The notes beneath the pieces were generated by a model. It did not search any database. It saw nothing but the letters and a program-made list of their open reading frames with translations, and was not told where the DNA came from. The position numbers and the translations under genes were made by a program. From the NCBI GenBank assembly GCA_963742735.1, contig CAVUMN010000001.1, forward strand, positions 227,571 to 291,570: 64,000 nt of DNA. Direction: 5' to 3'. Origin of the DNA: an uncultured Actinomycetes bacterium. GTDB lineage: Bacteria; Actinomycetota; UBA4738; JBBDTT01. Position 1 is the first letter of the stretch. Each line of letters opens with the position of its first letter. Shown here in pieces: positions 50,015-60,431 of the stretch.

Positions 50015-51175
50015 ATGGCCAAGCCCGCCGCCCGCCCCACACAGGTCGAGGACCTGGTCCGTCCCGCGCTCGTCGTGTGCTCCCTCGGAGCCGCCGCCAT
50101 CCATCTCGCGACGGCGGGTGAGCACGACGCGCTGTTCGGCGCGGCCTTCCTGCTCATGGCCGCCTTCCAGGGCGCCTGGGCCGGGGCGATCATCCTCACC
50201 CGTGCTCCCCTGGTCCTGCTGGCAGGTGTCGCCGGCCACGGCGCGATCGTCGCCACCTGGCTCGCCGCGCACACGAACGGCCTCCCGTTCGGGCCGGGGG
50301 CCGGACAGCCGGAGGCGACGGGCTTCAAGGACATGACCGCGACCGTCCTGGAGCTGATCGCCATCGGCGGGGCCCTCCTGCTGCTGCGGCCCGACGCGGC
50401 CCGGCGCGTTCGCGAGCGGCCACTCCGCACGGGCGGGGCCCTCCTGGCCCTGAGCGCCGCGCTCTTCCTGACGGGCGCCGCGGTGCTCTCCCCCCATGCG
50501 CACGGCCCCCACGCCCACGGGCCGGGCGTCGAAGCGCACGGCCACGGCGAGGACGGAGGACACGACGAGGGCGGCACGCACGCGGACGGGTCCCACGGCC
50601 ACGACGAGGACGCGGACCACGAGGAGGAAGCCGGCCACGCCGAGGACACCGAGCACGGCCACGACCTCGCCTTCGAGGACGGAACCCACTCACCCAGCCA
50701 CGACCACGGCGACGGGACCGGCGGCCACGACGACGTGGGAACCGGCGACGACGGCCACGACGAGGCTCCCGGCGACGGGGGCGCTCCGAGCCAGAACGGC
50801 GAGGAGTCGCGCGTCGTGGCCGGGCCGTTCGCCGAGTCCGCCGGCTACGCGACGCCGTCGGTGACGATTGAGACGGGCGGCCGCGTCTCGTTGACGAACT
50901 TCGACTCCGTCCTTCACGACGTGGTGCACGACGCGGAGGCCGACGGGTTCGGGGGGCCCGAGAACATGCCGTGGTGCGACCAGGGGCACCACTCGGAGGG
51001 CCCGTGCCCGGTGTTCTGGAGCCCGCTGATCGACGCCGGTCAGACCACCGGGGTGTGGGGCCTGAGGAACGTGCAGCCCGGCGTGACGTACTCCTTCTTC
51101 TGCACGCTCCACCACGGCATGACGGGGTCGCTCACCGTGAGCCAGTCCCCGGAGCACCGGGGCCGCGCGGTCTGA
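50015..51175 (+). CDS. Membrane protein (about five TM) with a His/Asp/Gly-rich linker and a C-terminal cupredoxin domain
   Basis: AAAIH.A...EH TM region; His-rich tract; LHDVV...FCTLHHGM. Confidence 0.8.
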   Translation: MAKPAARPTQVEDLVRPALVVCSLGAAAIHLATAGEHDALFGAAFLLMAAFQGAWAGAIILTRAPLVLLAGVAGHGAIVATWLAAHTNGLPFGPGAGQPEATGFKDMTATVLELIAIGGALLLLRPDAARRVRERPLRTGGALLALSAALFLTGAAVLSPHAHGPHAHGPGVEAHGHGEDGGHDEGGTHADGSHGHDEDADHEEEAGHAEDTEHGHDLAFEDGTHSPSHDHGDGTGGHDDVGTGDDGHDEAPGDGGAPSQNGEESRVVAGPFAESAGYATPSVTIETGGRVSLTNFDSVLHDVVHDAEADGFGGPENMPWCDQGHHSEGPCPVFWSPLIDAGQTTGVWGLRNVQPGVTYSFFCTLHHGMTGSLTVSQSPEHRGRAV

Positions 51176-51181
51176 GCCGGA

Positions 51182-52977
51182 TCAGTCCGCGTACATCGCC
51201 TCGATCGTGTCGGAGTACTTGTCCACGATCGCCCGGCGGCGGACCTTGAGCGTGGGCGTGACCTCGTCCTCCTCCTGCAGGAAGTCGCGGTCGAGCACGT
51301 CCACTTCTTGATCTGCTCGGCCCGGGAGAACTCCGCGTTCACGGCCCCGACCGCCCCGTCGATCTGCTCCTGCACGGCGGGGTGCTCCTTCAGCTCGGCG
51401 AAGGACAGGTCGCCGAGCCCCTGGTCGGCCGCGAACTTGGCCAGCGCCTCCTGGTCGAGCGTGATCAGCGCGGACAGGAACTTGCGCCGGTCCCCGATCA
51501 CCACGGCCTGCGACACCAGGGGGTGGTACTTCAGCCGGTTCTCGAGCTCCTGGGGCGCGATGTTCTTCCCGGCCGCCGTGATGATCAGGTCCTTCTTGCG
51601 ATCGGTGATCGTCAGGTAGCCGTCCTCGTCGAGCTCGCCCACGTCTCCGGAGTGCATCCAGCCGCCCTCGAGCATCTCGGCGGTGGCCTCCGGGTTCTTG
51701 AAGTAGCCCTGGAAGACGTTGTCTCCCCGCACCAGGACCTCGCCGTCGTCGGCGATGCGGACCTCCACACCGGGCAGCGCCGGCCCCACGGTCCCGATCT
51801 TGATCTTCTCCCGCGGGTTCAGGCTGGTCGGCCCGCAGTCCTCGGTCTGGCCGTAGACCTCGGCGATGGGCAGCCCGATCGCGTGGAAGAACGTGATGAT
51901 CTCGGGGTTGATCGGCGCCGCCCCCGAGACCAGGCTGAGGGCCTGGTCGAGCCCCAGCGCCGCCCGGACGGGCCCGAACAGCATCGCGTCGGCGCCCTCC
52001 AGGCCGTGCTTCATCTCGTCGGTGATGTCCTCGCCGGCCTGCTTCAGCTCCACGGCGGTCTTCGCCACGGTCACGGCGCCCTCCGCCATCTGCCGCTGCT
52101 CCTCGGGAAGGGCCCCGAGCTTGGCCTGGATGCCCGCGTAGAACTTCTCCCACACGCGCGGCACGGCGAACAAGACCGTCGGCTTCACCTCGGCGAGGTC
52201 GCGGGCGAGCGTGTCGAGCGACTCGGCGAAGTACACGTGCAACCCCCCGTAGATCCCCAGGAAGTGCGACGTGTCGCGCTCGGCGATGTGCGACAGCGGC
52301 AGGAACGACACCCGCCGTCCCTGGTTCATCGGCTCGGGCATCCGCTGGAAGAGCGAGTCCACCGTGAACACGACGTTCTTGTGCGACAGCATCGCGCCCT
52401 TCGGCGGCCCGGTCGTCCCGCTCGTGTACACGATGGTCGCGGTGTCCTCGGGCTCGATGCCCTTCAGGCGGCTCTCGTACAGGTCCGGCTGGGACTCCCC
52501 CAGCTCCCGGCCCCTGGCCCGGAGATCGTCCATCGTGAGGACGAACCCGTCCGCGGACGCCACGCCATCGAAGATCACGACGTGCTGCAGCTCGGGCAGC
52601 TCGTCTCGCTCCTTCTCGATCTTCAGGAGCTGGTCCTCGTTCTCCACGAAGGCCACCCGGGCCTCGGAGTGCCCGAGGATGTACGCGACCTGCGGCGGCG
52701 AGTTCGTGACGTACACCGGCACGGTGATCGCCCCGGCGGTGAGCCCGCCGATGTCGGCGATGTGCCACTCGGGCCGGTTGGCCGAAAGGATCGCCACGGC
52801 CTGGCGCGGCTCGACGCCGAGCGCCGCCAGCCCGAGTGCCGTCTCGCGCACCGCGTCGCCGTAGTCGCGCCAGGTCAGGGTCTTCCACCCTTCGCCCTCG
52901 CGGGAGGACAGCGCGGGCTGATCCGGGATCTCCTCGACCTTGTTCAGGAACATCGTGGCGACGGTTTCGCCGGCCAT
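51182..52977 (-). CDS. Long-chain fatty acid-CoA ligase (FadD15-like); frameshift near 51300
   Basis: YTSGTTGPPKG, FLPLSHIAE, YGQTE, SGDVG and DRKKDLIITAAGKN; the C-terminal EVTPTLKVRR is in another frame. Confidence 0.92.
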
Positions 52978-53003
52978 GGCTGCCTCCTCGGAAACTGGGG
53001 AGC

Positions 53004-54137
53004 TCAGTTTGCCGCGTCGGACAGGGCGCGCGCCACTCGCTCTCCGGTGCGGTCCCACGTGAAGCGCTCCAGGACGCGGCGCCGGCCGCTCTCGCCCATC
53101 GTCCGGGCGAGGGCCTCCTCCTTCAACAGGCGGATCACGGCCCGCGCCACGGCGGGCCGGTCCCCTCCGTCCACCACCAGGCCGGTCTCCCCGTCGACGA
53201 CCGCCTCCGCGGCGCCTCCCGAGCGCCCGGCCACCACCGGGAGGCCCGTCGAGGCCGCCTCCAGGAACACGATCCCGAATCCCTCGAAGTCGAAGCCCAG
53301 GTTCCGCGTCCGGCACGGCATGGCGAACACGTCGCTGGCCGCGTAGGCCGAGGGCAGGTCGTGGTCGGCAACCTCCCCGGCGAACAGGATCCGGTCCCGG
53401 ACGCGTGAGGCCGCCGCGAGCTTGCGCAGCTCCGGCTCGAACGGACCGCCCCCGACCAGCACCAGGATCGCCTCGGGGACGGCCCGCAGCACCTCGGGCA
53501 TCGCCTCGATCAGGATGTCCTGGCCCTTCCGACGAACGAACCTGGAGACGCACCCGATCACCTTGTGGCCGTTCAGGCCCAGGCCGGCCCGAAACGCCGC
53601 CCCGTCGACGTCGGGCCGGAAGCGCTCGGCGTCGACGCACGGGTTCGCGAAGGACAGCGGCACGCCGGGTGGGACCACGCCCTGCAGGCGCGCCGCGGTG
53701 AAGTCGCTGATCGCGAAGACGCGCGACGCGCGGGACAGCGCGTACTTCATCGAGCGGTTCAGCCCCGGCGGAAGGGCCATCCAGATCTCGTAGCCGTGCG
53801 TGAGCGCGACGTACGGGAGCCCGCGCGCGGCGAGCGAGGGCCCCAGGGCCGTCACCGGGAACCCCTGGGTGAACAGCACCGCCCGGGCGCCGGACTCGTG
53901 GGCGAGCGCCGTGGCGCGCTCCAGTACGTCCTGCGTGGGCCACAGGAACCGTCCGGGCATCCGCACGACCCGGTACGGGACCGTCTCGTCGTGGCGGCGC
54001 CACCCCGGCCACGCCGGGGCCATGACGGTCAGGCACTCGGGGGGGAAGGTCGCCAGGAGGTTGGCCGCGTACTGCTGCGCCCCCCCGACGCGGGGCGGCA
54101 GATCGTTGGTGATCACCAGCGTGGGTGGGAACTCCAT
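53004..54137 (-). CDS. GT4 glycosyltransferase (PimB'-like mannosyltransferase)
   Basis: TNDLPPRVGG, THGYE, SRFVRRKGQD, MPCRTR and EGFGIVFLEA motifs. Confidence 0.88.
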   Translation of the reverse strand: MEFPPTLVITNDLPPRVGGAQQYAANLLATFPPECLTVMAPAWPGWRRHDETVPYRVVRMPGRFLWPTQDVLERATALAHESGARAVLFTQGFPVTALGPSLAARGLPYVALTHGYEIWMALPPGLNRSMKYALSRASRVFAISDFTAARLQGVVPPGVPLSFANPCVDAERFRPDVDGAAFRAGLGLNGHKVIGCVSRFVRRKGQDILIEAMPEVLRAVPEAILVLVGGGPFEPELRKLAAASRVRDRILFAGEVADHDLPSAYAASDVFAMPCRTRNLGFDFEGFGIVFLEAASTGLPVVAGRSGGAAEAVVDGETGLVVDGGDRPAVARAVIRLLKEEALARTMGESGRRRVLERFTWDRTGERVARALSDAAN

Positions 54138-54158
54138 CGCGGCCTATCCTGGCAGTCA

Positions 54159-54937
54159 ATGGAGGAGACCGTCGCCGAAGGCGTCCGGGCCCTGCGCGAG
54201 CGCCGGGCGCGGGTCGATCTCTCCGCCTGGACCAAGGCCCTGGTCACCGGTGCGGAGGCCGGACGGTTCCTCGGGGACCTGGTCTCGGGCCCCGTCGCGA
54301 CCCTGGAGCCCGGGACCACCACCCGGTCACTGCTGCTCACCCCCACGGGCCGGATCCGAGCCGACTTCACCGTCGCGAACCTGCGAAGCGGGATCTACCT
54401 GCTGGTCCAGGACCCGATCCAGCCGCGGCGGATCGACGCGTTGCTCGCCCCCTACGTCCTGAGCGCGGCCGTGGAGATCGCCGAGGCGAGCGAGCGGCCC
54501 CTGCTCGCGCGCCCCGACGAGCGCGGGGACCTGGTGCCCGACGCGGCCTCGACGGACCCGGTGGCCTCAGGCGAGGCCCTCGAAGCGTGGCGCATCCTGG
54601 AGGGCCGGCCGCGGTTCCCGATCGACCTGACGCCCGACTCCCTGCCCCACGAGGCCGACCTGGACCACGCGATCGACTACACCAAGGGCTGCTACCTGGG
54701 CCAGGAGGCCGTGGCCAAGGTGCGCAACCTCGGCCACCCTCCGCAGGTCATCCTCGCGGTCCGGGCGGCGGGTCCCCTGGACGCGGGAACGCCCGTGACC
54801 GACGGGTCCGCAGAGGTGGGAGGCGTGACCAGCGCGACGGAGGACCCCGACGGCGGATTCGCGGGGCTGGTCCGGGTGCGGTGGGACGCTCGGGAGTCGG
54901 CGCTGCGAGCGGGGGACGCGGAGCTACGGGTCGCCGG

Positions 54938-54941
<4 letters not shown>
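54159..54941 (+). CDS. YgfZ/GcvT-like folate-binding protein
   Basis: LLTPTGR and KGCYLGQE signature; TATCCT 8 nt before the ATG. Confidence 0.88.
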
Positions 54942-55960
<1,019 letters not shown>

Positions 55961-56073
55961 AGGGATTGTCCTCGTGACGGGGTTATCTCGTGGATTGTCG
56001 CGTGCTCAGCACTCGGGAGCAACGAACCTCAGGATATTAGGACGACATCCCCCAGGATGTGCAAAACGCCCCG

Positions 56074-56280
56074 TCAGCCGGCGTCGGCGAGGTCGGATCC
56101 GGGCTTCGGCACCAGCCGGAGCAGCGGAACCAGCCCCGAGGTGCCCAGGGCGCGGAGCGCGCGGGCCTCCTCGGCGTCGACCACCACGGGCTGTCCGGGC
56201 TCGCGCAGGATGAACGTCACCACGCAGTCAGAGCACTGATCGGTGCCCTGCATCGTGCACTCGTTGCAGTCGATGACCAT
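56074..56280 (-). CDS. Small four-Cys actinobacterial protein
   Basis: AAGGAGG RBS; IDCNEC...CSDCVVT...GLVP.LRL. Confidence 0.8.
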   Translation of the reverse strand: MVIDCNECTMQGTDQCSDCVVTFILREPGQPVVVDAEEARALRALGTSGLVPLLRLVPKPGSDLADAG

Positions 56281-56344
56281 GGGGGGTGGCCTCCTTTTCG
56301 CCTTCGGAAGACCACCGTAGCGGCCGGGTCTGACACGGACCCGC

Positions 56345-57523
56345 TCAGACCGCCCCGCGCTCCCGAAGCGCCCGAAGCTCCTCTCCGGTGACCCCGATCT
56401 CCCCCAGGAGCTCCTCGGTGTCGGCGCCCATCCCGGGGGCGGGCCGGAGCGCGGCCCGGACCGGCGGCGCGAACTTCACGGGCGGGCCCGGGCCGACCTC
56501 GGTTCCGTCGACCACCGCCACCAGGTCCCGCGCGCGGACCTGCGGGTCGCGGACCGCCTCGCCGAAGTCGTTCACCGGTCCGACGCACGCGTCGAGGTCG
56601 GACAGCGCGGCCACCCACTCGTCCCGGGTCTTCGTACGGAAGACCGCCTGGAGGCGTTCGCCGACTTCGTCCTGGTCCTCGAGTGGGCCGTACTGGCGAT
56701 CGATCAGCTCCGGGACCCCAAGGGCCCCGCACAGGGCCTGCCAGAACTGCGGCTCGAGGGCGCCAACCGTCAGGAACCGGTCGTCCTTGGTCCGGTAGAT
56801 CCGGTAGCAGGCGTTGGCCCCCGACAGGCGCATCGCCGAGGGTTCGGGGACCTCCTGGTCGGCTAGGAACGCCCCCAGGTGCATGGACAGCCACGAGAAA
56901 GCCCCGTCCATCATCGAGGCGTCAACGAACCGGCCCCGGCCCGTGCGCTCGCGATCGAACAGCGCGGCGAGGATCCCGGCGACGCCGCTCATGGCCCCGC
57001 CGCCGAGGTCCCCCACCTGGACGCCCGGGACGATCGGCGGCCCGCCCCGAGGACCGGTGATGGAGGCCGCCCCGGCGAACCCCATGTAGTTGAGGTCGTG
57101 CCCGGCTCGATCGCGGTACGGCCCGTCCTGGCCGTAGCCGGTGATCGCGCAGTACACGAGGCGCGGGTTGCGCTCGGACAGCGTCTCCCATCCCACCCCG
57201 AGGCGAGCCATCACCCCCGGCCGGAAGGACTCGATCAGGACGTCGGCGCGCTCGGCCAGGCGCTGGAGGAGCTCCGGGCCCTCCGGCGCCTTCAGGTTCA
57301 GCGTCAGCGAGCGCTTCCCTCGGTTCAGAGCGCGGTGCTGCGCGCTCTCGCCCTCGACCATCGGTGGGCTCCACCGGATGTAGTCGCCCTTGCCCGGTTC
57401 CTCGACCTTGATCACCTCGGCGCCCATGTCCGCCATGAGCAGCGTGGCGTAGCCCCCCGGCAGCAGCCGGGTCAGGTCCAGCACACGGACGCCGGCGAGC
57501 GGTCCATCAGGCGTCGGGGGCAT
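56345..57523 (-). CDS. CaiB/BaiF CoA transferase
   Basis: PLAGVRVLDLTRLLPG, NRGKRS, FRPGV, GYGQDGP and GHDLNY motifs. Confidence 0.93.
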   Translation of the reverse strand: MPPTPDGPLAGVRVLDLTRLLPGGYATLLMADMGAEVIKVEEPGKGDYIRWSPPMVEGESAQHRALNRGKRSLTLNLKAPEGPELLQRLAERADVLIESFRPGVMARLGVGWETLSERNPRLVYCAITGYGQDGPYRDRAGHDLNYMGFAGAASITGPRGGPPIVPGVQVGDLGGGAMSGVAGILAALFDRERTGRGRFVDASMMDGAFSWLSMHLGAFLADQEVPEPSAMRLSGANACYRIYRTKDDRFLTVGALEPQFWQALCGALGVPELIDRQYGPLEDQDEVGERLQAVFRTKTRDEWVAALSDLDACVGPVNDFGEAVRDPQVRARDLVAVVDGTEVGPGPPVKFAPPVRAALRPAPGMGADTEELLGEIGVTGEELRALRERGAV

Positions 57524-57737
57524 CGACCTTCACCTCCTCGACGTCCTCGGTGGAGCCGCACCACCTGCACGTCACCCGTTCGCGATCCCGGCTCAAGACC
57601 TCCTCCTCCTCCACGCTCAGCTGTCCCTCGATGGAGAAGTGCCAGTAGGCGCGGGTCCGCCGCGTCTCGACCACGTCGAAGCGCGTCAGGTTGCCGCACT
57701 GCGCGCATCGGAAGCGGGTGGCGTCGTCGGTGGACAC
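57507..57737 (-). CDS. Small conserved Zn-binding protein
   Basis: RCAQCGNLTRFDV...CRWCG; TACAAT 8 nt before GTG 57737. Confidence 0.78.
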   Translation of the reverse strand: MSTDDATRFRCAQCGNLTRFDVVETRRTRAYWHFSIEGQLSVEEEEVLSRDRERVTCRWCGSTEDVEEVKVDAPDA

Positions 57738-58006
57738 GTCGGCGCATTGTAGGTGCGGGACCGGCGCGGACATCTCCGGCAAGGCCCCGCCGCGCCCCCG
57801 AATCGGGCGATTTCGGCGGTGGAAAGCCTGTTCGCTCGCTGTGGAAATTGGGGCTGGTGTCCGGGCCGGGGTCTGTTGTAGGGTGACCGCGCGTCACTCG
57901 TTCAGGAATGCGGCCGCGGACCGCCTTTCCCGCCCCGGAAGGTACGAACCGGTCGAATGCACTCCAGGACGTGAATAACCTACCGTCGAGTAGCCTAGGG
58001 ATCGAC

Positions 58007-58276
58007 ATGATCGACGAGCAGGTCCAGAACGACTCTCGCAAGGAGCAGGTGCCGCCTCCCGACGCGTGGCAGGAGCGGTCGGCCTGTTACGGCCTCGACC
58101 CCGAGGTCTTCTTCCCCACCTCCGAGGAGGAGGCCGGCCTGGCGCTGTCCTACTGCGCCGCCTGCACCGTCCGAGAGACCTGCCTCGAGTGGGCCATCCA
58201 GAACGGCGAGCGCTACGGCGTCTGGGGCGGCACCACCGAGCAGGAGCGCCGGCGCCTGATGCGCCGCGTCGCCTAG
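58007..58276 (+). CDS. WhiB family Fe-S transcriptional regulator
   Basis: W...AC...DPEVFFP, CAAC.VR..CL.WA and GVWGG..E.ER motifs. Confidence 0.93.
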   Translation: MIDEQVQNDSRKEQVPPPDAWQERSACYGLDPEVFFPTSEEEAGLALSYCAACTVRETCLEWAIQNGERYGVWGGTTEQERRRLMRRVA

Positions 58277-58326
58277 ACCCGCCCCGTTCAAAGCCCAGCA
58301 CGATCCACGGGCGCCCTCCCGTCCCC

Positions 58327-58356
58327 TTGACATCGAACATACGTTCGACATAGGGT
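58327..58356 (+). promoter_or_regulatory. LexA SOS box inside a SigA-type promoter
   Basis: TTGACA(58327), TCGAACATACGTTCGA(58333-58348), TAGGGT(58351); matches the actinobacterial TCGAAC-N4-GTTCGA consensus. Confidence 0.9.
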
Positions 58357-58398
58357 GACCCGGCGCGGCCCCTCCGCCAGACGGACGGAGGTGCCACC

Positions 58399-60042
58399 CT
58401 GACCCTCAGCGTTGCCCAAGCCTCCTTCGAGGACCTCGGGATCCCCCTATCCGAGGTGACCTTCGTCGCCCTGGACCTCGAGACCACCGGGGGCTCCCCC
58501 CGGACGTGCCGGATCACCGAGGTCGGCGCGGTGAAGATGCGGGGCGGGCGGGTGCTGGGCGAGTTCCAGACGCTGGTCGACCCCGAGGTCCCCATCCCGC
58601 CCGCGATCACCTGGTTGACCGGGATCGACGCGATCACGGTCCGCGACGCCCCGCCGATCGCGTCCGTGCTCCCCGGCCTGATCGAGTTCATCGGCGACGC
58701 GGTGTTCGTGGCCCACAACGCGCGGTTCGACTTCTCGTTCGTGAACGAGGGCCTGCGCCGTCTGGACTACCCGCTGCTGCCCGGGCCGCCGATCTGCACC
58801 GCGAAGCTCGGCCGTCGGGTGGTGGGCCAGGACGTGCGCAACTGCCGCCTGGCCACCCTCGCCGAGTTCTTCCGCACCCCGCACCGACCCACCCACCGGG
58901 CCCTGGACGACGCCTGGGCATGCGCCGACGTCCTCCACGGTCTGCTCGAGCTCGGCGGCCGCCTGGGGATCCTCTCCCTCTCCGACCTCCAGGCGGCCTG
59001 CCGGGCTCGCGGCCAGCCCCACTACGCCAAGATCCGGCTGACCGATCACCTGCCGAAGGCCGCCGGCGTCTACCTGTTCCGCCGGCCCGAGGGCGAGATC
59101 CTCTACGTCGGCAAGGCGAAGGACATTCGCACCCGCGTCCGCTCGTACTTCTACGGCGACTCGCGGAAGAAGGTCGAGGCACTCCTGGCCGAGACGGGCT
59201 CGGTGGAAGCCCGCCCCTGCGCGACCGAGCTCGACGCCCTGGTGACCGAGGCCCGGCTCATCCACCAGCACGCCCCCCGGTACAACCGCCGGGGCAAGAC
59301 GTGGCGGACCTACGCCTACCTGCGCGTGGACACCTCCGAGGCCTGGCCGCGCGTGAAGGTGGTCTCCCGGCCGCGCGGCGACGGCGCGTTCCTGGGCCCG
59401 TTCGCGTCCCGTCGGGTGGCCGTCCTGGCCAAGGAGGCGCTGGAGGAGGCCTTCCCGATCCGGCGGTGCACCCGGTCGATGGGCCGCTCGACCCGCTTCT
59501 CCCCCTGCGCGCTGGCGTCGATGGGCCGGTGCCTGGCGCCGTGCGACGGCCGCGTGGGTCCCGAGCGCTACGGGGAGCTCGTCCGATCTCTCGTCAGGTC
59601 CCTCTCCTGCCCGGACGGGCTCCTCGAAGCGCTCGAGGCCCGGATGAGCCGGCTCTCGAACGACGGCCGGTTCGAGGAGGCCGGCCTGCTCCGCGACCGC
59701 GTCCGGGCGCTCGTCGCGGCCATGACCCGGGCGCGGTTCGAGGGATGGTTCGCCGCGGCGGAGACGCTGGTGCTGGCCGACGCGGACGGGGTCCGATACC
59801 GGTTCCACCGCGGCCGGCTGGGCGGCGGCGAGGGCGTCGAGCTGCCGGTGCCCCCCGCCGACGCGGACGAGGTGTCGGCCGTGCGAGGGTGGCTGGCCCA
59901 CAACCCCGTGCGGGTGGTGGAGGCCACCGGCGGCGGCGTGGCCGAGCCGCTGGACGGCGGGCGGCGCCTGTGGGACCTGGCCCGGCGCATCGACCGGGCG
60001 CGGTCGGGCCGTGAGGACGAGCCGGGTGCGGCGCGCGGCTAA
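58399..60042 (+). CDS. DEDDh exonuclease fused to a GIY-YIG/UvrC-like domain (Rv2191-like)
   Basis: DLETTG, HNARFD, HRALDDA, GVYLF...LYVGKA..IR.RV.SYF and FEEA...RD motifs; start either CTG 58399 or GTG 58456. Confidence 0.9.
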   Translation: MTLSVAQASFEDLGIPLSEVTFVALDLETTGGSPRTCRITEVGAVKMRGGRVLGEFQTLVDPEVPIPPAITWLTGIDAITVRDAPPIASVLPGLIEFIGDAVFVAHNARFDFSFVNEGLRRLDYPLLPGPPICTAKLGRRVVGQDVRNCRLATLAEFFRTPHRPTHRALDDAWACADVLHGLLELGGRLGILSLSDLQAACRARGQPHYAKIRLTDHLPKAAGVYLFRRPEGEILYVGKAKDIRTRVRSYFYGDSRKKVEALLAETGSVEARPCATELDALVTEARLIHQHAPRYNRRGKTWRTYAYLRVDTSEAWPRVKVVSRPRGDGAFLGPFASRRVAVLAKEALEEAFPIRRCTRSMGRSTRFSPCALASMGRCLAPCDGRVGPERYGELVRSLVRSLSCPDGLLEALEARMSRLSNDGRFEEAGLLRDRVRALVAAMTRARFEGWFAAAETLVLADADGVRYRFHRGRLGGGEGVELPVPPADADEVSAVRGWLAHNPVRVVEATGGGVAEPLDGGRRLWDLARRIDRARSGREDEPGAARG

Positions 60043-60431
60043 CCCCGCTCGGCGTACCTCGCCTGGCGCTCGAACAGGTTGTCCCGGTAGACCTTGCGGC
60101 GCAGGACCAGACAGCGGAGCCCCTCCAGCAGGTAGAGCACGGCGAACACGGGACCGCCGCGGGTCCACTGCCAGACGTGGACGCGCTCGTGGGTTCGCAG
60201 GCCGGCGCTCAGCGACCCGTGGCACGTGATGACCTGGCCGAACGTGATCGCGGTGTACCCCCGCCGCTTCAGGAACCCGGCGAAGCCACGCTCCGACTCG
60301 AACACGAGGACGCCCTCGTCCAGGCGCGGGGTGGTCCCCGAGGCGAAGCCCATCGCGAGCCCGACGACCGTCCCGGGCAGGGCCCACAGGACGTACAGCG
60401 CGCTCAGGAGGCGTTCGACGCCTCGGCCCAT
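60039..60431 (-). CDS. Hypothetical protein with an HExxH motif
   Basis: AITFGQVI, HERVHVWQW and DNLFERQA motifs. Confidence 0.7.
   Translation of the reverse strand: MGRGVERLLSALYVLWALPGTVVGLAMGFASGTTPRLDEGVLVFESERGFAGFLKRRGYTAITFGQVITCHGSLSAGLRTHERVHVWQWTRGGPVFAVLYLLEGLRCLVLRRKVYRDNLFERQARYAERG

Noticed and set aside
55963-56060. GGATTGTC direct repeat and ACATCC-N4-GGATGT palindrome upstream of sepH
   Set aside because: Short enough to arise by chance, and no regulator can be assigned from the sequence alone.
57883-57897. Possible CRP site upstream of whiB (GTGA-N7-TCAC)
   Set aside because: The spacer is 7 nt rather than 6 and the flanking T/A bases are missing; too weak to call.
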